A stretch of 64,000 nt of DNA from Vicinamibacterales bacterium (GTDB lineage: Bacteria > Acidobacteriota > Vicinamibacteria > Vicinamibacterales > JAMQPK01). The stretch covers positions 1,627,967-1,691,966 of the forward strand of contig CAWERD010000006.1 of NCBI GenBank assembly GCA_963811435.1. Direction: 5' to 3'. The notes under the pieces are model-generated. The model saw only the letters and a program-made list of their open reading frames with translations. It did not search any database and was not told the origin of the DNA. Positions within the stretch are counted from its first letter, which is position 1. The number at the start of each line of letters is the position of its first letter. The translations under genes and the position numbers were made by a program. Shown here in pieces: positions 17,349-26,440 of the stretch.

Positions 17349-19510
17349 TCAGCGTTTGGAGGCGGCGGGCAGGAGTTGTCGGTACTCGGTCTGCGTTCGG
17401 GTCTCGTCCCTGCCTATCGATGTCGCAGAGCTATCAATCGGCTCTGGCGAAGGTCGAGCTGATTCCCGTCGGTCCGGCGGCAGCCCTTCGCTCGTGGTTC
17501 TGAACATGCGCACGAGCTTGTCCTTTGCCCGCCATCGTGTACTCCTCTGTCGCGGCCACGTACGTCATGCTGATCGCCGGTCGTGATCGCGGTCAGTTCT
17601 CGGTGAGCTTGACCTCGCCAGTCGCTTCCAGCCGCTCGATGTCCTGTCCGTTCTCACCGAGCGTCAACACGATCGTCTCGCCTGTGAGATCGCCCTGCGG
17701 CCCGACGAGATGGGCCTTGGTCGTGTAAGTCACCTTGCGCGAGCGCATCTTCATAATTCATCTGCTGGCCCGTGCCGATCGACCGCGCTTGGTTCGCGCA
17801 CCTTGCGTCGTCGGATTCATGTCCTGAACGATCATCTGCGAAATGCACAGAGCCCTGCGCGAGCAGATTGCCGGTTTTGCCATCGAGCGTGATCTTATTG
17901 GCCTTGATGTTGGTTTCGGCTTTCTCGCCCTGCCACAGCGTCGCGTTGCCCGTGAACTCGAGCATCGACGCGTCCCCGCCAGTGTAGGCGAGCTCGCGCT
18001 GATGCCGTTCACCGGCTGATCCTGTTGCATCATGCCCGGCGTACGCTGCGTGCTCTTCGACCCCGGCTTGACGGCGAAACATGATCGACTGCACGGGCTT
18101 CGAGACACTCGTCGCCTTGAGCTTCGAGCCCTCTATGTTCATCTCGATGCTCGTCGGCATCGACCTGAATCTGCTCGTTCACGACGCGCGGCACCGGCTG
18201 CCCCGCCTCGCCCTTGAGCACCACCTGCCCGGTCTGCATGTTGTAGCGCATGTTCGAAGACGCCGCAGCCGTCGAGGCGTCGTTGAACCGCGCCGATCCG
18301 ATGAACATCGCGCTCGCGAATCTCGCCCGAGCCCGCCGTTCAGCGACGTATCGAGCGTGCGCGACGTGACCGTGCGCTTGACGGGCGGCGTGCCGCCCGT
18401 TTCGTGATATTCCACGCCTTCGGTGAACGACGCCGCCGTCAGGCCCTCTTTCGGCGTCCCGCTCGCGACAAGCGCATTCGACGTCACCTTCTTCGCCGGC
18501 TGCTCGCCGGAGCCCGGCAGGTCGAGCACGACTTTGATCTCGCGCCGTTCAACGACGTCACCGTTGAGCCATCTGGTGCCATGCCGATCTCGACGTTGTC
18601 GGCATGAAGCACGCGGTCCGGCGCGTTCTTGTCGCCCGCGATGCGCAGCGATGAGCTCCCGGAAATGGTGGCGCTCTCGAGGAGATCGCTGTTTTCCTGA
18701 TAGGTGAGATTGATGATGTCCCCCGACATGAGCTTCAGCTCGCCAGACGCCGCATCCGGCGTATGGATGCTCGCGTTGCCCTGCAGCTCCAGGCCGCGCA
18801 GGTATTCTTCATCGTCGGTCAGCTCGCCAAGCGCGCTCTCCGCGTCGATGACCTGCGTGCCGCGCACGATGTGCACCGCGCGCTCGAAGCTGACGAAATC
18901 GTCGATGCGGGACAGGACAGCCGACCCTGCCGTGATGTGCGTGGCGCCGACGCCCTTCTTATCGGCGGCGATCTTGACGTTCGTCTGATCGGAAATACCG
19001 ATCAGATCGCGCGTCTCGTCGTAGCTGAAATCGACGCCGCTGCCGCTCATCCGATTGCGCTTGAACGTGACCGGACCGGGCGCGCGGACGATGCCTTCGC
19101 TCTCGACTATAGACCGCGCTGCCGGCCGTCACCTCGAGGCCGTCGCTCGCGATCATCCGCACGTTGCCCTTCATGTCGAGATTGCTCTGATTTTCGCCGA
19201 CTCTCGCTTCCTCGCCCGTGGCGACGAACGTCTTCCCCTGGCGCACGGACGTGACCTTGACGTTGAGCAACCGCGTGCTGCCGTCGGGATATGAAAGCTG
19301 CTTTCCGGCTTCGATCCTGACCGTCTCGCGATCACCTTTTACCTGGAAGACTTCAGCGCCGGAGCTTTCGACGACGGCGGCGGGATCGACGCGGGCGATC
19401 GGCTCGGGGGAAGGCGGCTCGGCGCGCCGGCGCGTCGTGAGGACCACGACGGCAACCACCCCCAGGGCGACGGCAAGGATGACCCACCGCGCACGCTTCT
19501 GCCAGCTCAT
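17349..19510 (-). pseudogene. LptC/LptA (OstA-like) LPS transport protein region, multiple frameshifts; internal gene boundary unresolved
   Basis: TM-anchored LptC-like start MSWQKRARWVILAVALGVVAVVVL... is followed by repeated OstA-like beta-jellyroll segments in changing frames (...GSGVDFSYDETRDLIGISDQTNVKI..., ...ASMLEFTGNATLWQGEKAETNIKANKITLDGKTGNLLAQGSVH..., ...GETIVLTLGENGQDIERLEATGEVKLTEN). The last frame ends with a TGA abutting the lptB ATG. Confidence 0.7.
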
Positions 19511-19513
19511 GGA

Positions 19514-21268
19514 TTAGTCGCGGGGCCCCGGCACCCGCACCTCACCGCTTGCGGCCGTGGCTTTGAAGTCGCTGAGCGACAGTTCCAGGTATTCATTGCC
19601 CTGATAGTTATTCTGTTCGAGCGAAAACGCGAGGTCCAGCGACGCGCGGTTCTCGGAAATAAACTGCTCGCGTTCGACCGCACGCCATGCAATCGCCCGG
19701 AAAATCCGGCCGTTCTGCTTCAGTGCCATCTTCAGGTGCTTGTCCTTGAGCCGCCGGGGGCCATCGACGACTTCGACGCCTCGCGCCTCGAACAACGGGC
19801 GCGGGTTGCCGGTGCCGTACGGCGCCAGCAGCGCCATCTCCCCCGCGAAATCGCCGTTGATGTCCCTGAAGCCGAGACAGCCGTCGATGCGGAGACGGGG
19901 TTTCAGATCGTCCGGTCCCAGCAGGTTATCGGCGTAGTCCGCGATGGACTCGCGAAATGCCCCTACTTTGGACGCCGCCATCGTCAATCCGGCCGCCTGC
20001 TTGTGGCCGCCGAACCGGCTGAGGTACGACGCGCTGTGCTCGAGCGCGGCGAGCACGTTGAATCCACGAATGCTGCGGCACGATCCGTGCGCGACATCCC
20101 CATCCACGGCGATGACGATGGCCGGACGATGAAAGGCATCGACGAGCTTGGAGGCCACGATGCCGATGACGCCGCGATGCCATCCGTCGCCGGCCACGAC
20201 GAGGATGCTGCGCGCGCCGACGGCGGGATCGTTTTCGACAATTTTCTTTGCGCTGGCAAGAATGACCGCTTCCTCCTCCTGCCGGCGGAGATTTTCGCCA
20301 TCGAGCTGGCGCGCCAGCTCCTGCGCTTCCTCGGCCATCGTTTCATCGGCAGCGAGCAGCAACCGGGCCGCGATGTCAGGGCTGGCCATTCGGCCCGCAG
20401 CGTTCATGCGCGGTGCAATCTGAAATGCCACGTGCCCGCTGTCGATCGGCTTGCCAGTGAGGCCCGCGACCTCGAGCAGCGCCCGCAGTCCGACCCGGTG
20501 CGGGCCCTGCGACAGCATGTCGAGGCCGAGCTTTGCAATCACGCGGTTTTCACCGACGAGGGGCACGACGTCGGCCAGCGTGCCGATGGCCGCGACCTTG
20601 ATGAATGCCGGCAGCAAGCGCTCGCGATCGCGCTTTCGACACAAGGCCTGAACCAGCTTGAGCGCGACGCCAACACCGGCGAGGTTCTTGTCGGGATACG
20701 CACAATCGTGGCGCCGCGGGTTGATGACGGCCACCGCCACAGGCAGCTCGACATCGGGCTCGTGATGATCCGTGATGATGAGATCGATGCCGAGCTCGCG
20801 CGCCCGCTTCGCCGCCTCGATGCCGCGAATGCCGCAGTCGACCGAGATGACGAGCGTCACACCATCGGCCTGCAACCGATCGAAGGTCTCCGGCTGCAGT
20901 CCGTAGCCGTCCTTCAAGCGGTCCGGGAGAAAGTGGATCACGTTGGCGCCAAACAACTCGAGCGCACGCCGGAGGATGACGGTGGACGTGATGCCGTCGC
21001 AGTCGTAGTCGCCGTGGACGGCGATCCGCTCTTTTCGCTCAATCGCGGCAAGAATCCGCTCCACGGCGGCTGCCATGTCCGCCAGCTTGAACGGATCGTG
21101 CAGATGGTCGAGCGACGGATGAAGAAATCTCTGCGCCGTCTCGAGCTCGTCGATTCCGCGAATCGCCAACAGTCGCGCGATCGCCGGGCTGATTCTCAAC
21201 TCGTGCGCGAGCACACTCGCGGCCTGATCGTTGCACGTGAGGCGTTCCCAGAGAAAAGGAATGGGCAT
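19514..21268 (-). CDS. recJ: single-stranded-DNA-specific exonuclease RecJ
   Basis: ORF 19514..21370 trimmed to ATG 21268 (MPIPFLWERL...). DHH motifs IAVHGDYDCDGITS and DLIITDHHEP, plus DHHA1 (GGHKQAAG). The upstream 34 codons of the track ORF read through a repeat arm and the divergent GxxExxY gene start. Confidence 0.93.
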   Translation of the reverse strand: MPIPFLWERLTCNDQAASVLAHELRISPAIARLLAIRGIDELETAQRFLHPSLDHLHDPFKLADMAAAVERILAAIERKERIAVHGDYDCDGITSTVILRRALELFGANVIHFLPDRLKDGYGLQPETFDRLQADGVTLVISVDCGIRGIEAAKRARELGIDLIITDHHEPDVELPVAVAVINPRRHDCAYPDKNLAGVGVALKLVQALCRKRDRERLLPAFIKVAAIGTLADVVPLVGENRVIAKLGLDMLSQGPHRVGLRALLEVAGLTGKPIDSGHVAFQIAPRMNAAGRMASPDIAARLLLAADETMAEEAQELARQLDGENLRRQEEEAVILASAKKIVENDPAVGARSILVVAGDGWHRGVIGIVASKLVDAFHRPAIVIAVDGDVAHGSCRSIRGFNVLAALEHSASYLSRFGGHKQAAGLTMAASKVGAFRESIADYADNLLGPDDLKPRLRIDGCLGFRDINGDFAGEMALLAPYGTGNPRPLFEARGVEVVDGPRRLKDKHLKMALKQNGRIFRAIAWRAVEREQFISENRASLDLAFSLEQNNYQGNEYLELSLSDFKATAASGEVRVPGPRD

Positions 21269-21274
21269 GCTTCT

Positions 21275-21308
21275 ATGTCTCAACGCAAAGACGCGAAGAC
21301 GCAAAGAC
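21275..21308. repeat. left inverted-repeat arm (CAAAGACG-type octamer units) of GxxExxY cassette
   Basis: atgtctcaacgcaaagacgcgaagacgcaaagac. The reverse complement of 21695-21728 is atgtctcaacgcgaagacgcaaaggcgcaaaggg (about 29/34 identical). Confidence 0.9.
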
Positions 21309-21694
21309 TCGACAGGAACGCTCTCAATCGAATCTCGCGGATCATTGTCACTAAGGCCATTGTGGTGCACTCAAAACTCGGACCAGGCCTTTTGGAGAGC
21401 GTTTACCGGACCTGTCTCATTCATGAATTGAGGAACGCCGGGCTGCACGTCGTCGCCGAGCAAGTCGTGCCGGTCTTCTACGACGAACTCCAACTGGACG
21501 ACGGTTACCGGCTCGATTTGCTGGTCGAGGACGAAATCATCGTGGAAATCAAGGCTGTCGAGAAGATCCTGCCGGTTCATGTGGCACAGCTGCTCTCCTA
21601 CCTCAAGCTCATGGACAAACGGCTGGGCCTGCTTCTCAACTTCAATGCCCCACGTCTCGTTCAAGGGTTGAGGCAGGTGGTCAACAATTTCTAG
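21275..21694 (+). CDS. GxxExxY protein (PD-(D/E)XK nuclease superfamily)
   Basis: 139 codons at the 3' end of track ORF 19736..21694. Sequence: MSQRKDAKTQRLDRNALNRISRIIVTKAIVVHSKLGPGLLESVYRTCLIHELRNAGLHV...YRLDLLVEDEIIVEIKAV...LLSYLKLMDKRLGLLLNF. It contains the G-LL-E-SV-Y motif and a D...E-x-K core. The first 11 codons are encoded by the repeat arm. Confidence 0.85.
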   Translation: MSQRKDAKTQRLDRNALNRISRIIVTKAIVVHSKLGPGLLESVYRTCLIHELRNAGLHVVAEQVVPVFYDELQLDDGYRLDLLVEDEIIVEIKAVEKILPVHVAQLLSYLKLMDKRLGLLLNFNAPRLVQGLRQVVNNF

Positions 21695-21728
21695 CCCTTT
21701 GCGCCTTTGCGTCTTCGCGTTGAGACAT
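21695..21728. repeat. right inverted-repeat arm of GxxExxY cassette
   Basis: ccctttgcgcctttgcgtcttcgcgttgagacat starts directly after the TAG stop (21692-21694) and ends 17 nt before the accA stop codon. Confidence 0.9.
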
Positions 21729-21744
21729 AGCATTTTTTGCAACT

Positions 21745-22719
21745 TCAAGAGCTCTCTTCGTCCGTAAAATCTGCGCCCAGCCGGCCCATGTCTCTGAACT
21801 TCTCGTAGCGTCTCGCCAGTCGGGCGTCGACGTCGGGCGTGCTGGAGGCCTCGAGGGCGGCGCGCAGGGGGCCGTCGAGCAGCGTTGCCGCTTCGTCGAG
21901 GCTCGTGTGGGCGCCTCCGATGGGCTCGCGGACGATTTCGTCGATGACGCCCATTCCGAGCAGGTCCGGCGCCGTCAGCTTCAACGCGGTCGCCGCCTCG
22001 ACCTTCTTCCCGGCGTCGCGCCACAGGATCGCCGCGCAGCCTTCCGGCGGGATGACGCTGTAGATCGCGTACTCCTGCATCAGAATGCGATCGCCGATGG
22101 CGATGCCGAGTGCGCCCCCGCTTCCCCCCTCACCGGTGATGACGACGACGACCGGCACCTTCAACACCGACATCTCACGGAGATTGAAAGCGATCGCTTC
22201 GGCGACACCGCGCTCCTCTGATTCCACGCCGGGATAGGCGGCCGGCGTATCGACAAAGACCACGATCGGCCGCTGGAACTTCTCGGCCGTGCGCATCAAC
22301 CGGATGGCCTTGCGATATCCCTCGGGCCGCGCGTAGCCGAAGTTGCGATAAATCTTCTGCTTGGTATCACCGCCCTTGTGGTGGCCGACGACCATCACCG
22401 GCTCGCCCTTGTAGCACGCCGTGCCGGCGACGATGGCGTGGTCGTCCGCGAAGCGGCGGTCGCCGTGCAGCTCGACGAAGTCGGTGAACAGTCGAGCGAC
22501 GTAGTCGAGCATGTCCGGCCGGCTCGGATGACGGGAGACGAGCACGCGCTGCCAGGGCGTGAGCTTGCTGTAGATCTCGGTGCGCGCGACGCGCAGCCTG
22601 TGGTTGAGGCGCTCCAGCTCGCGCTCCCGCGCGTCGGTACGCGGGAGGGCCGAGAGGGCGTCCACTTCTTTCAGCAACGGCGCAAGTGATTCCTCGAACT
22701 CTAGAGTCTCAGTAGGCAT
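21745..22719 (-). CDS. accA: acetyl-CoA carboxylase carboxyltransferase subunit alpha
   Basis: ORF 21745..22755 trimmed to ATG 22719 (MPTETLEFEESLAPLLKE...). Contains ...RPEGYRKAIRLMRTAEKFQRPIVVFVDTPAAYPG...ITGEGGSGGALGIAIGD.... The 12 extra codons of the track ORF lie in a repeat arm. Confidence 0.95.
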   Translation of the reverse strand: MPTETLEFEESLAPLLKEVDALSALPRTDARERELERLNHRLRVARTEIYSKLTPWQRVLVSRHPSRPDMLDYVARLFTDFVELHGDRRFADDHAIVAGTACYKGEPVMVVGHHKGGDTKQKIYRNFGYARPEGYRKAIRLMRTAEKFQRPIVVFVDTPAAYPGVESEERGVAEAIAFNLREMSVLKVPVVVVITGEGGSGGALGIAIGDRILMQEYAIYSVIPPEGCAAILWRDAGKKVEAATALKLTAPDLLGMGVIDEIVREPIGGAHTSLDEAATLLDGPLRAALEASSTPDVDARLARRYEKFRDMGRLGADFTDEESS

Positions 22720-22726
22720 CTTTCTC

Positions 22727-22806
22727 TGTCTCAACGCCAAGGCGCAAAGTCGCAAAGATCTTCAAGAGGTTTCCGTCTTGGCGTCTTTGCGTCTTTGCGT
22801 TGAAAC
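22727..22806. repeat. gene-less hairpin of the same CAAAGACG octamer family, filling the dnaE-accA spacer
   Basis: Left arm tgtctcaacgccaaggcgcaaagtcgcaaagatc, about 14-nt loop, right arm gtcttggcgtctttgcgtctttgcgttgaaac. The arms are mutually complementary and share tctcaacgc / caaagacgc units with the 21.3-kb cassette arms. Confidence 0.88.
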
Positions 22807-25800
22807 TACCGCAGTACAACAGTTCCTGCCCCGCAGATGCGCTCGACTTCCGAGGCCAGCTGATCGGACGGACGCACGCGCACCTGTGCCGCCAGCGGCA
22901 CGCGCACGCGGACGGGCGGCTGCCGCTCGCGGAGCTCCAGCTCGAGCACGACCCGCCGATCGCCGCGGTGGCGCGCAAAGAGATCCGCGAGCGCCTCGAA
23001 CGTTTCCCGGCCATGCGGCGGCGAGGTGAGCTTGATCGACAGCTCGCGCGACATCTTCTGCCGCATGATCTCGAGCGGCATCACCTCGTTGGCGGTCATG
23101 CGGATGGTTTCTTCGTCGATCTCCACCTTGCCCTTGATCACCACCATGGCGCCCGTGTCGAGCGTCGACCCGCACTTCCCGTACGCCTCCGGGAAAATCA
23201 CCACCTCGACGCTTCCATGGGGATCTTCCAGCATGATGACCGCCATGCGATCGCCCTTGCGCGTCTTCAGCTGACGAATCGACGCAATGATGCCGCCGAT
23301 CGCGACATCGACGCCTCCATTCCTTCGATAGCCGTTTCCGGGGCTGGGTTGCGCCCCATTGCCATTGTCGGCGCCCGAAGCCGCCGTCTCGGCCAGCTCT
23401 GCCGTCGTCTTGGCGCCGAAGCCCTTCAGCTCTGCGGCGACGCGATCGATCGGATGCCCGCTGAAGTAGAGGCCAAGCGCCTCTTTTTCAAACGCGAGCT
23501 GCTGCTGCTCGGTCCATGGCTCGACGTTCGCCGGGCCGGTCGGCTCTGCATCGGCAGAGTCTCCCTCGGCCGACCCGCCGCCAAACAGTTGCGCCTGACC
23601 GAGCGCACGGTCCCGCTGGCGCCGCGCGCCGTACTCGCAGGCAAGGTCGACCGTCGCCATCAAACGGGCCCGCAGCTCGCTGAGCGATGCTTCCCGGCCG
23701 GTCCCGAGCGAATCAAACGCACCCGCCTTGACGAGGCTTTCGAGCACGCGCTTGTTGACCAGCCGCAGGTCGAGCGCGTCGCACAGCGAGTGGAGCGACG
23801 TGATTCTGCCGAGCGTGGCACGCGCGCCGAGCATCGACGCAATCGCACCCTCGCCGACATTCTTCACCGCCGTCAACCCGAATCGCACGCCTTCGGGCGT
23901 CACGGTGAACGCGAGCTGGCTTCTGTTGATGTCGGGCGGCAGCACGGGAATGTTGCGGTCGCGGCATTCCTGCAGGTACATCGCGAGCTTGTCGGTGTTC
24001 TGCGCCTCGATCGTCAGGAGCGCCGCCGCGAAGTGCCACGGATAGTTCGCCTTCAAGTACGCCGTCTGATAGGCCAGCAGCGCGTAGGCCGTCGAGTGCG
24101 ACTTGTTGAACCCGTAGCCGGCGAAGTACTCCATCAACTCGAAAATCTTGGCGGCCTTCTTTTCGTTGATGCCCTTGTTCTTCGCGCCTTCCATGAAGAC
24201 TTCGCGCTGCTTGGCCATGACCTTGGGATCTTTCTTGCCCATGGCCTTGCGCAGCATGTCGGCCTGCCCCATCGTGAAGCCGGCGAGCGACTGCGCGATA
24301 CGCATCACCTGTTCCTGATATGCGATGACGCCGTAGGTGTCGGCAAGGATCGGCTCGAGCTCCTTCAGCTCGTAGGTCACCTTCACCTTGCCGTGCTTGC
24401 GCGCGATGAAATCGTCGACCATCCCGCTGCGCAGCGGCCCGGGACGATAGAGCGCATTCAGCGCGATGAGGTCGTCGAGCCGCTGCGGCTTGGCCTTACG
24501 CAGAATGTCGCGCATGCCCGAGCTCTCGAACTGGAAGATGCCGTAGGCCGCGCCGTCACCGAATATCTGATAGGTCTTGGCATCGTCCAGGGGAATGGAA
24601 TCCAGATCGAGCACCTCGCCGGTGGTCGCGCGAATCTCCTCGACGGCATCGTTCAGCAGCGTCAGCGTGCTCAGGCCGAGGAAGTCCATTTTCAGGAGAC
24701 CGATGCGCTCGATCTCCTTCATCGCCCATTGCGTCGTGATTTCGTCGTTCTTGCCCTTGTAGAGCGGCGCGAACTCGGAAATGGCCCTGGGCGCTATCAC
24801 GACCCCGGCCGCATGCACCGAGGCGTGCCGCGTCATCCCCTCCAGGCGCTTCGCGACGGCAATCAGCTCCCTGACCCGATCGTCCTGCTCATTCAGCTGT
24901 TTCAGCTGCGGCACTTCCTCGAGCGCCTTGTCGAGCGTCATGTCGAGCGCGGGAGGAATCAGCTTGGCCACGCGATCGACGTCGGCAAACGGGATGTCGA
25001 GCGACCGGCCGACGTCGCGCACGACCGCCCGCGCCTTCATCGTGCCGAACGTGATGATCTGCGCCACGTTCTCGCGGCCGTACTTCTGGGTCACGTACTC
25101 GATGACCTCGCCCCGGCGCCGCTCGCAGAAATCGATGTCGATATCGGGCAGCGACACGCGCTCGGGATTGAGGAAGCGCTCGAAGATCAAGTCGTAGTCC
25201 AGAGGATCGACGTCGGTGATGCGCAGCGAATAGGCGACGAGGCTGCCGGCCGCCGATCCGCGGCCAGGGCCAACCGGGATGCTCTTCTCGCGCGCGTACC
25301 GGATGAAGTCCCAGACGATCAGGAAGTAGCCTGGATATTCCATCCGCTTGATCATGTCGATCTCGTACGACAAGCGGGTCTCGTACTCCTCGATTGGATG
25401 ACGCAGGACGCCGGACGCGCGCAGCGCCTTCAGCCGTGGAAGCCGCTGCGTGAATCCCTCCCGCACCACATGCTCGAAGTAGTCGTTGAGCGTGTAGGGT
25501 GCGGGCACGGCGAAGTTCGGCAGGTAGTTCTTGTTGTTTTCGAGATCGACCTGGCACCGCTCGGCAATCCGCAGCGTGTTGGCCAGCGCGTCGGGCATTT
25601 CGGCAAAGACCTTCTGCATCTCCGCCGCGGTCTTCAGGTAGAACTGATCGCCGTGATAGCGCAGGCGATCGCGATCGTTCACCGTCTTGCCGGTGCCGAT
25701 GCACAGAAGGATGTCGTGGGGGCGATGATCGCCGTGCGTCAGGTAATGCACGTCGTTGGTTGCGACGAGCGGCATGTTCAGATCGCGGGCGATCGGCACC

Positions 25801-26375
25801 AGCCCCTGGTTCACGACCAGCTGCTCTTCGATTCCCTGATACTGCATCTCGAGGAAGAAGTTCCCCGGGCCGAGAATGTCGCGAAACTGCCCGGCGGCTT
25901 CCAGGGCTTTCCGTTCGCGGCCGGTGCGGATTTCGGTGGCGACCTCGCCCTTCAGGCAGCTGCTCAAGCCAATCAGCCCCTTTGAGTACTGCGCGAGCAG
26001 GTCTTTGTCGATGCGCGGTTTGTAGTAGAAGCCCTCGGTGTAGCCGGCCGACACCAGCTTGATGAGGTTGTGGTAGCCCTCGTTGGTCTCGGCCAACAAA
26101 ACGAGATGGTTCGCCGTCTCACCTATATTGCCGCTCTTGGTGTGCCGGCTGCCGGGCGCGACATACACCTCGCAGCCGAGGATCGGTTTCACACCACGCT
26201 GCTTGGCATGGTCGTGGAAGATCACCGATGAGAACATGTTGCCGTGCTCGGTCACGGCCAGCGCCGGCATCCCGAGCCTGGCAGCCTGGTCGAGCAGTTC
26301 ATCGATTCGGCACGCGCCGTCGAGCAAAGAGAACTCGGTGTGACAATGAAGATGAACGAAGTTTTGATCAGCCAC
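22806..26375 (-). CDS. dnaE: DNA polymerase III subunit alpha
   Basis: 1189 aa. PHP domain start FVHLHCHTEFSLLDGA, polymerase core (...PDIDIDFCERRRGEVIEYV...), HhH and a C-terminal OB fold. Uninterrupted frame. Confidence 0.98.
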   Translation of the reverse strand: MADQNFVHLHCHTEFSLLDGACRIDELLDQAARLGMPALAVTEHGNMFSSVIFHDHAKQRGVKPILGCEVYVAPGSRHTKSGNIGETANHLVLLAETNEGYHNLIKLVSAGYTEGFYYKPRIDKDLLAQYSKGLIGLSSCLKGEVATEIRTGRERKALEAAGQFRDILGPGNFFLEMQYQGIEEQLVVNQGLVPIARDLNMPLVATNDVHYLTHGDHRPHDILLCIGTGKTVNDRDRLRYHGDQFYLKTAAEMQKVFAEMPDALANTLRIAERCQVDLENNKNYLPNFAVPAPYTLNDYFEHVVREGFTQRLPRLKALRASGVLRHPIEEYETRLSYEIDMIKRMEYPGYFLIVWDFIRYAREKSIPVGPGRGSAAGSLVAYSLRITDVDPLDYDLIFERFLNPERVSLPDIDIDFCERRRGEVIEYVTQKYGRENVAQIITFGTMKARAVVRDVGRSLDIPFADVDRVAKLIPPALDMTLDKALEEVPQLKQLNEQDDRVRELIAVAKRLEGMTRHASVHAAGVVIAPRAISEFAPLYKGKNDEITTQWAMKEIERIGLLKMDFLGLSTLTLLNDAVEEIRATTGEVLDLDSIPLDDAKTYQIFGDGAAYGIFQFESSGMRDILRKAKPQRLDDLIALNALYRPGPLRSGMVDDFIARKHGKVKVTYELKELEPILADTYGVIAYQEQVMRIAQSLAGFTMGQADMLRKAMGKKDPKVMAKQREVFMEGAKNKGINEKKAAKIFELMEYFAGYGFNKSHSTAYALLAYQTAYLKANYPWHFAAALLTIEAQNTDKLAMYLQECRDRNIPVLPPDINRSQLAFTVTPEGVRFGLTAVKNVGEGAIASMLGARATLGRITSLHSLCDALDLRLVNKRVLESLVKAGAFDSLGTGREASLSELRARLMATVDLACEYGARRQRDRALGQAQLFGGGSAEGDSADAEPTGPANVEPWTEQQQLAFEKEALGLYFSGHPIDRVAAELKGFGAKTTAELAETAASGADNGNGAQPSPGNGYRRNGGVDVAIGGIIASIRQLKTRKGDRMAVIMLEDPHGSVEVVIFPEAYGKCGSTLDTGAMVVIKGKVEIDEETIRMTANEVMPLEIMRQKMSRELSIKLTSPPHGRETFEALADLFARHRGDRRVVLELELRERQPPVRVRVPLAAQVRVRPSDQLASEVERICGAGTVVLR

Positions 26376-26440
26376 TGGATTGGGAATGTGATCTGGCCGC
26401 GCGAAGGCGGAGGGCGTTGATTACACGCTATTATAACGGG

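Noticed and set aside
19736-21274. First 513 codons of the 652-aa plus-strand ORF 19736..21694
   Set aside because: This part is antisense to recJ and featureless. Only the last 139 codons (GxxExxY gene, from ATG 21275) look real.
21269-21370. N-terminal extensions of recJ (34 codons) and accA (12 codons, 22720-22755) in the ORF track
   Set aside because: The extensions are translations of the octamer repeat arms (…LRLRVFALRHRS, MRLCALALRQRK). The conserved protein starts coincide with internal ATGs at 21268 and 22719.
22800-25985. 1061-aa plus-strand ORF
   Set aside because: It is entirely antisense to dnaE. The sequence is Arg/Ala/Leu-rich with no motifs, which is a typical stop-poor shadow frame in high-GC DNA.
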